From Anaerolineae bacterium (lineage in GTDB: Bacteria; Chloroflexota; Limnocylindria; Limnocylindrales; CSP1-4), in assembly GCA_035464455.1 (NCBI GenBank), contig DATHSE010000297.1, forward strand, positions 1 to 35,386: DNA of 35,386 nt. The letters run 5' to 3'. Made by a program: the position numbers and the translations under genes. Positions 1 to 7,257 of the stretch are shown piece after piece (the stretch's first letter is position 1; each line of letters opens with the position of its first letter). The notes below the pieces were generated by a model. It was not told the DNA's origin and made no database searches. It saw nothing but the letters and a program-made list of their open reading frames with translations.

Positions 1-231
1 AAGACCTACTACCGGTTGCGCTCGGGCTGGTGGGTGGAGGCCGCTACCACGAAGATGGCCGGCCTCGATCGAGTGGCTGACGAAGCCATGCGCATACAGG
101 CCGGCGGCGGCGTGACCCGCACCGACGGCCTGGATGAGCTCATCGCGTTCTCCGAGTTCTGGGGCGAGGAGATCCCCAGGCTCCGCGAGCGTTGGGAAGG
201 GCGGCGCGCATCACGAAAGAGGGAAGCATGA
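1..231 (+). CDS. 3' end of a gene that starts upstream of the window (function unknown, possibly a small regulator)
   Basis: Frame 1 is open from base 1 to TGA 229-231 (KTYYRLRSGWWVE...DELIAFSEFWGEEIPRLRERWEG...). The stop overlaps ATG 228 of the ABC ATPase (ATGA), suggesting translational coupling. No diagnostic motif recognised. Confidence 0.4.
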   Translation, partial: KTYYRLRSGWWVEAATTKMAGLDRVADEAMRIQAGGGVTRTDGLDELIAFSEFWGEEIPRLRERWEGRRASRKREA

Positions 232-1151
232 CCACGACCACGATCGACGGCGCAGCTCCCATCAGGACCGAGGGGCTGACCAAGCACTACGGGGACGTCA
301 AGGCACTGGTGGATCTCGACCTGGAGGTTCGGCGCGGTGAGGTCTTCGGCTTTCTCGGACCCAACGGTGCCGGCAAGACCACGACCATCCGCAGCCTGCT
401 GCACTTCATCTTCCCCACGGCCGGCAAGGCCACGGTGCTGGGCCTGGATGTCGCCACCCACGCGGTGGAGGTGCGCAGCCGTATCGCCTACATGCCGTCC
501 GAGTACTCGCTCTATCCCAAGCTGACCGGGGCCGAGAACCTGGCCTACCTGGCCAACCTGCGCGGTGGCGTGGACGCAGCCTGGGTCGGACAGCTGGCCG
601 AGCGCCTCGAGGTCGACCTGACTCGCAAGGTGGGCGACCTGTCGACCGGCAACAAGCAGAAGGTCGGTCTCATCCAGGCCTTCATGAACAAGGCCGAGCT
701 GGTCATCCTCGATGAGCCCAGCACGGGACTCGACCCGCTGATGCAGCAGGAGCTGCAGGCGATGATCCGGGAGGTGCGGGACGATGGGCGCACCGTCTTC
801 CTGTCGAGTCACAGCCTGGCCGAGGTCGAGCGTGTCGCCGATCGCGTGGGCATCCTGCGCCAGGGCCACCTGGTGGTGGTCGAGCGAGTCGACGCGCTCA
901 AGCGCAAGGCCATCCGGCGCATCGATCTCGAGTTCGAGGCTCCGGTCGAGGCGGTGGCCTTCGAGGCCATCAGTGGCGTGCGCTCGGCAGAGGCCCGGGG
1001 CAACAGCGTGATCATCTCGTTCGAAGGCTCGGTGAACGCGCTGCTGCGCACGGCGCTGGAGCACGACGTGGTCAACGTCAACAGTCGCGAAGCCGACCTC
1101 GAGGAGGTCTTCCTCGCCTACTACCATGGGAACGGCAGCGATGTTGCGTGA
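228..1151 (+). CDS. ABC transporter ATP-binding protein (ABC-2 / exporter type)
   Basis: Walker A GPNGAGKTT, signature LSTGNKQKV, Walker B LVILDEPSTGLD, H-loop SSHSL. ORF track gives 192..1151. Start moved to ATG 228 (MTTTTIDG), which overlaps the upstream stop. Confidence 0.9.
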   Translation: MTTTTIDGAAPIRTEGLTKHYGDVKALVDLDLEVRRGEVFGFLGPNGAGKTTTIRSLLHFIFPTAGKATVLGLDVATHAVEVRSRIAYMPSEYSLYPKLTGAENLAYLANLRGGVDAAWVGQLAERLEVDLTRKVGDLSTGNKQKVGLIQAFMNKAELVILDEPSTGLDPLMQQELQAMIREVRDDGRTVFLSSHSLAEVERVADRVGILRQGHLVVVERVDALKRKAIRRIDLEFEAPVEAVAFEAISGVRSAEARGNSVIISFEGSVNALLRTALEHDVVNVNSREADLEEVFLAYYHGNGSDVA

Positions 1152-1941
1152 CCGGCTGCTCGGGAGCGTCTTCTCCAAGACCATCCGTGACTGGCTGCTG
1201 TGGACGGTCATCGCGGTCATCGCCATGTGGCTGATCTCCGGGCTCTACATCGCCATCATGGCCTCGACAGGCGATGCCTACGTCACCATGCTGGAGGACC
1301 TGCCCGAGTTCATCGCCAACATCTATGGCGCGAGCGACAGCACGTCCCAGGGCATGGCCATGAGCGGCATCTACAACCTCATCGGGCCGCTGGTGCTGCT
1401 GACCTACGCCATCGGCCTGGGATCGAGCGCCGCGGTCGGCGAGGAGGAAGCTCGCAGCCTGCCCATCCTGCTGTCGAGCCCCTTGCGCCGCCGCTCGATC
1501 CTGCTGGCCAAGGCTGCCGTCGCCGCCATCGGCGTACTCGTCATCATCGCCCTCACGGGGGCCAGCGTGATCGTGATCTCAGCCGTGGTGGGCATGGACC
1601 TGTCCGACCAGAACGTGCTGGCGGCAAGCGTCCAGCTGCTGGGGATGGTCCTCCTCTTTGGTGCCCTGGCGCTCGGCATCAGCGCATGGCGCGGATCGTC
1701 CTCCATCGGCGTCGGCGTGGCCGCCGCACTGGCGCTGCTGTCCTACGTCGCGACCACGCTGCTGCCGGTCGTGGAGGACCTGGCCGACGTCGCCAGGCTG
1801 ACCCCCTGGTACCTGTTCAGCGGCGCTGAATCTCTGCGCAGCGGCATCGACGTCGTCCTGCTCGGCATCGCCCTCGGCCTGGCAGCCCTGCTCTTCGGCG
1901 CCGGACTCTATGCGCTCGAACGACGAGACCTGAAGGGATAG
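1141..1941 (+). CDS. ABC-2 family transporter permease
   Basis: Strongly hydrophobic multi-TM product directly after the ATPase. ORF track gives 1126..1941. ATG 1141 (MLRDRLL) and ATG 1126 both overlap the ATPase stop at 1149-1151, so the start is ambiguous. Confidence 0.75.
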   Translation: MLRDRLLGSVFSKTIRDWLLWTVIAVIAMWLISGLYIAIMASTGDAYVTMLEDLPEFIANIYGASDSTSQGMAMSGIYNLIGPLVLLTYAIGLGSSAAVGEEEARSLPILLSSPLRRRSILLAKAAVAAIGVLVIIALTGASVIVISAVVGMDLSDQNVLAASVQLLGMVLLFGALALGISAWRGSSSIGVGVAAALALLSYVATTLLPVVEDLADVARLTPWYLFSGAESLRSGIDVVLLGIALGLAALLFGAGLYALERRDLKG

Positions 1942-1945
1942 CACC

Positions 1946-2779
1946 ATGACCACGACCGCCATCCCGGGCGTGCGAAGCCGCCAGCGACTCGCCCTCACCA
2001 ACAGCTTCACCAAGGCCATCGCCGATCGCCTGCTCTTGACGCTCATCGTCGGCATCGGGGTGGGGGCCATGGGTCTCGCCATGGGACCCATCTACCTCGC
2101 CCTCGAGGATGTCCTCGAGGAGATGCTGGCGCAGTTCCCCGAGTCCATCATGGCCATCGCCGGCGGGGCCGACATGACCACCGCAGCGGGCTACTACACC
2201 GGTGAGATGTACTCGATCGTGGTGCCCTTCGCGGTGATGTTCGTGGCCGCCACCTCGGTGGCACGGGCCTTCGGCGGGGAGATGGAGAACGGGACCATCG
2301 GCCTGGTGATGTCGACGCCGACGCGACGAACGCGCCTCGCGACCGAGAAGGCCGTGGCCATGATCATCCACGTGGTGCTGGCCGCGGCGCTGGTCGGCGT
2401 GATGGTCTGGATCGGCATCGTTGCCAGCGGCCTGGACATCGCCGTCGGCAACGTCTTCGCCATCAGCCTGATGCTGTCGCTGGTGTCGGTGTTCGTGGGC
2501 GGCATCTCGATGGTGGTCTCCATCCTCAGCGGCCGAGGCGTGCTGGCCATCCTGGCCGGCATGCTCGTCGCCATCGCCATGTACGCCTGGTCCAGCTTCG
2601 TGCCCATGGCCGAGGCCATCGCCGACCTTGCCTGGCTCTCGCCCTGGCACCACTACATCGGCACCGACCCGCTGGGCAGCGGCGTCGACTGGGCGTCTGC
2701 GGCGCTATTGACCCTGCTCGCGGTCGTGCCGCTGGCCGTCGGCGTCTACCTCTTCAAGCGGCGAGATATCGCGGCCTGA
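1946..2779 (+). CDS. ABC-2 family transporter permease (second subunit, paralogue of the previous gene)
   Basis: Multi-TM protein starting 4 nt after the previous stop. The C-terminal end is similar to the previous gene (..LSPWHHYIG.. versus ..LTPWYLFSG..; ..FKRRDIAA versus ..LERRDLKG). Confidence 0.8.
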   Translation: MTTTAIPGVRSRQRLALTNSFTKAIADRLLLTLIVGIGVGAMGLAMGPIYLALEDVLEEMLAQFPESIMAIAGGADMTTAAGYYTGEMYSIVVPFAVMFVAATSVARAFGGEMENGTIGLVMSTPTRRTRLATEKAVAMIIHVVLAAALVGVMVWIGIVASGLDIAVGNVFAISLMLSLVSVFVGGISMVVSILSGRGVLAILAGMLVAIAMYAWSSFVPMAEAIADLAWLSPWHHYIGTDPLGSGVDWASAALLTLLAVVPLAVGVYLFKRRDIAA

Positions 2780-2828
2780 AGGTCCGGGACCAGCCGACGC
2801 CGACGTCCTCAGCTGATCGGGCGTCGGA

Positions 2829-4205
2829 TCACAGCGGTGGCTCAGGCCTCGCATGGCGAAGCGGCTCCTCCGCCGCTGGGCCGGCTGCTGGGCCTGCCGA
2901 TGGGCCGTCTGCTGGGCCCGCTGCTGGGCCGATGGCCGCGGTTGGCAGGTGGGCGGCCGGGTGTGGCGCCGCTCGACGGCGGACCGGTGCACTCCACCAG
3001 AACCACAGCGCTACGGTGACGGACATGGCACCGAGCATGATGTAGAGCGCCGGCAATGGGCCGACAGCGCCGGCCAGCCAGCCGGCGACGAGGGTGGAGA
3101 CCGACGACACCGCGAGCGCCACGCCGAAGTCGACGGCGAAGACGCGGCCACGCACGCGGTCGGGCGTGGCCCGCTGCAGCCCGAACGATGAGAGCGTCCA
3201 CTGGGCGCCGCCACCGAGGTGGCCGATGAAGACGAAGACGGCCGCGGCCCAGATGACCGGCGACAGCGGCAGCAGCGCGTAGCCGACGAGGTAGATCGCG
3301 AAGGCAAGGCTGATGCCCCGCAGCAGGAGCGACTGATCGTCGGACGCGTACCTGCGGGCCGCGAACGGTCCCACCAGCGAGCCGAGACCGCGCGCCGCGA
3401 AGAGGATGCCTACGCCCACCTGCCCGGCACCCCAGATGTCATCGCTGGTGATGGCCAGCATGTGGACGATGCCGGTGGCCACGCCAAAGGTGGGCTTGGT
3501 CAGCAGGAGCGATGCGACCGCATGGTCTTTTCGGGCCAGGGCCAGCGTCTCCGTGACGGTCGAGATGAGCCCCTGCAGGCCCACGGGCGCGTCCTCGGGG
3601 GTCGCGCCGGGCTCGCGCAGCGAGCGCTTGACCGACCAGGCCAGGGCTCCCGAGACCAGGAACAGCAGCGGGTACAGCAGAAAGGTGACCTCGCGCCCGA
3701 CGGTCGCCGCGACGATCCCGCCGATGGCTGCACCGAAGGCGACCATCGTTCCCCACGCCGAGCCGATGAGCGCATTGGCGGTGGGAAGATCGGCCCGCTC
3801 GACGAGGTTGGGCAGGGAGGCCGAGACCGTGGGCTCGAAGAAGGCAGCGCCGAAGGCCAGCAGCGCCACGACGGCGAACGCGATCCAGATGCTGTCGGCA
3901 TCGACCGCGAACAGCAGGCCGACGCAGACGATACCTCGGCCGATGTTGGCACCGGCCAGCATGATGCGGCGGTCGAAGCGGTCGGCCAGCATGCCCGCGA
4001 TGGGCGTGGCTACCAGGAACGGCGCCATCTGCAGGACCAGGATGACCGAGGCGGCGGCGGCCGAGCCCGTCGTCTCCAGCACGAGGTCGATGAGGGCGAC
4101 CGTGGCGAACCAGTCGGCCGCGAAGGCGACCAGCAGGGCGACATACAGGCGCGCGAAATCAGGGTTGCGCTGCAGCAACCCGATGATCGATCGGACTCGG
4201 TGCAT
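2829..4205 (-). CDS. MFS transporter with a Pro/Ala/Gly-rich C-terminal tail
   Basis: About 12 hydrophobic segments. MFS motif-A-like GMLADRFDRRIML. ORF track gives 2829..4253. Start moved to ATG 4205 (MHRVRSIIGLL), which is preceded by AGGA. The tail contains GPAAGPADGPSAGPAAGPAA. Confidence 0.85.
   Translation of the reverse strand: MHRVRSIIGLLQRNPDFARLYVALLVAFAADWFATVALIDLVLETTGSAAAASVILVLQMAPFLVATPIAGMLADRFDRRIMLAGANIGRGIVCVGLLFAVDADSIWIAFAVVALLAFGAAFFEPTVSASLPNLVERADLPTANALIGSAWGTMVAFGAAIGGIVAATVGREVTFLLYPLLFLVSGALAWSVKRSLREPGATPEDAPVGLQGLISTVTETLALARKDHAVASLLLTKPTFGVATGIVHMLAITSDDIWGAGQVGVGILFAARGLGSLVGPFAARRYASDDQSLLLRGISLAFAIYLVGYALLPLSPVIWAAAVFVFIGHLGGGAQWTLSSFGLQRATPDRVRGRVFAVDFGVALAVSSVSTLVAGWLAGAVGPLPALYIMLGAMSVTVALWFWWSAPVRRRAAPHPAAHLPTAAIGPAAGPADGPSAGPAAGPAAEEPLRHARPEPPL
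2875..2934 (-). repeat. 12-bp in-frame tandem repeat (about 5 units) encoding the (A/S)GPA tail of the MFS protein
   Basis: Plus-strand units are gctgggccggct / gctgggcctgcc / gatgggccgtct / gctgggcccgct / gctgggccgatg. Confidence 0.8.
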
Positions 4206-4261
4206 TCGTCCTGAGTCTATGCCCCCGCGCGGGCAGGCCGCGACGTGGCACACTCGGGCGG

Positions 4262-5137
4262 ATGGATGCCACGCGACGATTGAGGCGTATTCTGCGGCGG
4301 GCGCGATCGGGGCCGTCGCACAGGACCAGCGGCAAGCCGCGCAGCGAGCAGGGCCGAGAGCCTCCGGCGGTGCCCCAGGGCTGGATGACCGGACCGCCCG
4401 ACTACATCGGCATCGGTGTGCAGAAGGCAGGCACGACGCGCTGGTGGAAGCTCATCGCCAAGCACCCCGACGTCGTGGGCGAGCTGAAGGAGACGCACCA
4501 GCTCAGCCGCTTCGGTTGGCGACCCATGTTCGAGGCCGACCGCGAGGCCTACTATCGCTACTTCCCGAAGCCTCAGGGCAAGCTTGCCGGCGAGTGGACA
4601 CCGCGCTACATGAACGTGCCCGGCGTGGTGGACACGATGAAGGCACTGGCGCCGGATGCCAAGCTGCTGGTGCTGCTGCGCGACCCCGTGGAGCGCTATC
4701 GCTCGGGTGTGGGCCAGTGGCAGAAGCACAAGGAGCGACGCGGCAAGCGGCCCAACCTGTGGGCCGGCCGCAAGGACGCGTATGCGCGCTCCTTCTATGC
4801 CTATGCCCTGCGGCCCTACGTGGAGGCCTTCGGCCGTGAGCGACTGCTGGTGTTGCAGTTCGAGAAGTGCCTCCAGGACCCGGCGGCCGAGTACCAGCGC
4901 ACGTTGGCCTTCCTGGGCCTGCCTGCGTGGACTCCGCCGCCTGAGATCCTGGGCAGGCGCGTGAACGTGGCCAAGCGACGGCCCACGCCGGCCGAGCTGG
5001 GCGAGCCGGCCGACCTGGTGGCGTCGCTCGAGGAGGACGTACGCGAGCTGCTGGAGCTGGTGCCTGAGATCGACCTCTCGCTGTGGCCCAACTTCCGACA
5101 GCTCGCGCCCGGGGGCGCATCCGACCCCGACGCGTGA
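4262..5137 (+). CDS. PAPS-dependent sulfotransferase family protein
   Basis: 5'-PSB-like loop GVQKAGTTRWW and 3'-PB-like LLRDPVERYRS. The start is uncertain: ATG 4262 from the ORF track, or ATG 4385 (MTGPPDYIGIG), which sits at the usual distance before the PSB loop. Confidence 0.8.
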   Translation: MDATRRLRRILRRARSGPSHRTSGKPRSEQGREPPAVPQGWMTGPPDYIGIGVQKAGTTRWWKLIAKHPDVVGELKETHQLSRFGWRPMFEADREAYYRYFPKPQGKLAGEWTPRYMNVPGVVDTMKALAPDAKLLVLLRDPVERYRSGVGQWQKHKERRGKRPNLWAGRKDAYARSFYAYALRPYVEAFGRERLLVLQFEKCLQDPAAEYQRTLAFLGLPAWTPPPEILGRRVNVAKRRPTPAELGEPADLVASLEEDVRELLELVPEIDLSLWPNFRQLAPGGASDPDA

Positions 5138-5146
5138 GCGGACACG

Positions 5147-5183
5147 CAGCAGGCGGCCCGCCGCGCTGGCGAGCCGCCTGCTG
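5147..5183. terminator. Stem-loop between convergent genes (candidate bidirectional terminator)
   Basis: cagcaggcggc (5147-5157) pairs with gccgcctgctg (5173-5183), giving an 11-bp stem with a 15-nt loop. It lies between the sulfotransferase stop (5137) and the beta-propeller gene stop (5202). No U-tract. Confidence 0.4.
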
Positions 5184-5201
5184 TTGCCCAAGCGAGAGCT
5201 G

Positions 5202-6440
5202 CTACGGGGTGATCTTGACCAGGCTGCCGGCACCCGGCCCCATCATCGTGCCCGCGGACACATAGATAGCGCCTGCGTCATCGACATCGAGGCCGCCGAG
5301 GGCCATGAGCTGCTCACCGCTGGCCAGCAGCGCCGGCTCACCCCCGCCGGGCGGCACGCTCATGACCGCGCCGATGGGCGGAGCCTCGCCCAGGAACACG
5401 CCCATCAACCCGTCGTGCGCGAGCTCAGCCACGTACAGGGTGCCATCAGGCCCGAAGGCCAGGCCCATGATGCTGCTGAAGCCGGCAGCATACTGGGTGG
5501 GCTCTTCCCCCTCCGCCACGCGCCAGACCGAGGCACCGCCCACGGGGAACGGGCCGCCGGTCAGCTCACCCACGTAGAGGGCGCCATCGGGGCCAAGCGC
5601 CACCGATGTCGGCACCGACTGCACCGGGATGTGGATCGTCTCGCCGTCGGCCCCCTCCGCAGGAACCTCGCCCTCCGCAGGTGCCTCGCCCTCGGCCGGA
5701 GCCTCGCCCTCCGCAGGTGCCTCGCCCTCGGGTGGCGGGCCCATGGCCGCCAGCTCCTCGGCGGAGAAGGGGTGGGTGGTGAAGGGGATGGCGGCGATGA
5801 GCGATACGCTGCCGTCGTCGGCCACCTTCAGCAGCGTGTTGCCACCCGCGTCGGCAACCGCCACCCCGCCCTCGATGATCTCGATGGCATAGGGGTTGGA
5901 GTCGACGTGTCCGCCCCACGCGGCGTCCGGGTCGACATCCGATTCGAAGGCCGCCACGTCAGCGACCGGCTCGAGGGATCCGTCGGACGTTGCCTTCATC
6001 AGCCAGCCCGCAGCGGCGAAGTCCTCTGGCATGCCAGCGCGCACGGCAGGGTCGGCACCGAGGTTCATGACCAGGTAGAGCGAGCCATCCTCGGCGAGGG
6101 TGATGTCCGAGACGCCGCCGATCTCCGGGCCGGCGCCAGCAGACGTGAGGCCCTCGATGACGCGTTCGACGCTGCCGTCCACGATGCGCGCGACGCTGCC
6201 GGTAGGTCCGTAGCACATGCCGCCCGGGCTGTCGCCGAAGCCGATGTCGATGCAGTCCTCGCCGGCCACACCGGCTTCGGCCACGTAGATGCTGCCGTCA
6301 GTGGCGACGAAGACGCCGCGCGGCGCATTGAGGCCCTCGGCCAGAACCTCGATGGTCGGGTCTTGCGCGGCCACCGGCGTGATGGCCGACACCAGCAGCA
6401 TGGTCGTCCCCGCGATCCCGAATACATGACGTGATCTCAT
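5202..6440 (-). CDS. Secreted beta-propeller protein (ScyD/ScyE-like / NHL-repeat-like)
   Basis: Sec-type signal peptide MRSRHVFGIAGTTMLLVSAITPVAAQD. Recurrent blade-like motifs (APRGVFVATDGSIYVAE, GPDGALYVGE, GPDGTLYVAE, DDAGAIYVS). GGAGGA lies 11 nt before the ATG. Confidence 0.7.
   Translation of the reverse strand: MRSRHVFGIAGTTMLLVSAITPVAAQDPTIEVLAEGLNAPRGVFVATDGSIYVAEAGVAGEDCIDIGFGDSPGGMCYGPTGSVARIVDGSVERVIEGLTSAGAGPEIGGVSDITLAEDGSLYLVMNLGADPAVRAGMPEDFAAAGWLMKATSDGSLEPVADVAAFESDVDPDAAWGGHVDSNPYAIEIIEGGVAVADAGGNTLLKVADDGSVSLIAAIPFTTHPFSAEELAAMGPPPEGEAPAEGEAPAEGEAPAEGEVPAEGADGETIHIPVQSVPTSVALGPDGALYVGELTGGPFPVGGASVWRVAEGEEPTQYAAGFSSIMGLAFGPDGTLYVAELAHDGLMGVFLGEAPPIGAVMSVPPGGGEPALLASGEQLMALGGLDVDDAGAIYVSAGTMMGPGAGSLVKITP
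5655..5735 (-). repeat. 18-bp in-frame tandem repeat (about 4.3 units) encoding (GEAPAE)n inside the beta-propeller gene
   Basis: Plus-strand units are ctccgcaggaacctcgcc / ctccgcaggtgcctcgcc / ctcggccggagcctcgcc / ctccgcaggtgcctcgcc / ctcgggtgg... The protein reads PPEGEAPAEGEAPAEGEAPAEGEVPAEG. Confidence 0.85.
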
Positions 6441-6517
6441 GGGTGGTCTCGTCCTCCTCTGCGAACCGAGCCCCCCGAAGAGCCTCGCGCTCTTCCAGTC
6501 TCACGGCCAGACCTGAA

Positions 6518-6546
6518 TGTATACCCCAGAGGTGGCTAAATGTCAG
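6518..6546 (-). promoter_or_regulatory. Candidate sigma-70-type promoter for the beta-propeller gene
   Basis: On the minus strand: CTGACA (6546-6541), a 17-nt spacer, then TATACA (6523-6518). This lies in the only AT-richer patch of the 109-bp gap. Confidence 0.35.
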
Positions 6547-6549
6547 CCC

Positions 6550-7257
6550 CTAAGCGGGGTCATCGACGGTCTGCACCATCAGGCGCGCCCGCTCAAGCAC
6601 CTCGGACAGCATCTCCAGCGTGAGCCGTCGGGTGAAGGTGTTCTGCTGGCTCGGGTGGTACGACCCCAGCAGGGTGTAGGCTCCGATCCGCACCTGGGCG
6701 CCGTGCCCGAAGCGCGGCCTGGGCGAGATCCGCGGTCCCTCCTTCGGCAGCACACGCAGCACCGCGTCCCAGGCGTAGCCTCCCAGCGCGAGGATGACAC
6801 GCACCCGGCCCAGCGCACGCAGCTCGCGCTCCAGGAAGGGCAGGCAGTTGTCGCGCTCCCTGGTCGTGGGCTTGTTGGCCGGAGGCGCACATCGGTTCAC
6901 GGCGCTGATGTAGGCGTCTTCCAGCAGCAGACCATCAGCAGGGCTGACCGAGCGCGGTCGAGGCGAATAGCCCACGCGATGGAGCGCCTCGAAGAGCATC
7001 TCGCCGGAGACGCCGCGGCTGTCGCCGGTGAAGACGCGGCCGGTGCGGTTGCCGCCGTGAGCGGCGGGAGCGAGTCCGACCAGCAACAGGCGCGCGCGTG
7101 GATCGCCGAAGCCGGGAACCGGCCGGCCCCAGTACACAGAGTCGCGATAGCGGGCCACCTTGGTGCGGGCGGTCTCCTCGCGCCAGGCCACCAGGCGCGG
7201 GCAGCGACGGCAGCAGGTGATATCTGCGACCAGATCGCCGAGGCGATCGCCGCTCAT
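6550..7257 (-). CDS. udgB: Uracil-DNA glycosylase, family 5 (UdgB-type, Fe-S cluster)
   Basis: Motif A is GLAPAAHGGNRTGRVFTGD (Ala-containing GLAPA rather than the family-4 GE(A/G)PG). Motif B is YHPSQQN. Cys ligands are CCRRCPRL plus a later C. The start overlaps the stop of the upstream GH13 gene (ATGA at 7254-7257). Confidence 0.85.
   Translation of the reverse strand: MSGDRLGDLVADITCCRRCPRLVAWREETARTKVARYRDSVYWGRPVPGFGDPRARLLLVGLAPAAHGGNRTGRVFTGDSRGVSGEMLFEALHRVGYSPRPRSVSPADGLLLEDAYISAVNRCAPPANKPTTRERDNCLPFLERELRALGRVRVILALGGYAWDAVLRVLPKEGPRISPRPRFGHGAQVRIGAYTLLGSYHPSQQNTFTRRLTLEMLSEVLERARLMVQTVDDPA

Noticed and set aside
2794-2827. Hairpin ccgacgcc...ggcgtcgg between the convergent ABC-2 permease and MFS genes, considered as a terminator
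   Set aside because: It has an 8-bp stem but an 18-nt loop and no U-tract. That is too weak to report as a feature.
5655-5735. Short, regularly spaced repeats, considered as possible CRISPR arrays. The same question applied to 2875-2934, 12171-12230 and 19842-19904
   Set aside because: The units are contiguous with no spacers. They are 12-30 bp long, in frame and inside well-supported CDSs, so they are coding tandem repeats rather than CRISPR. No cas genes are present.
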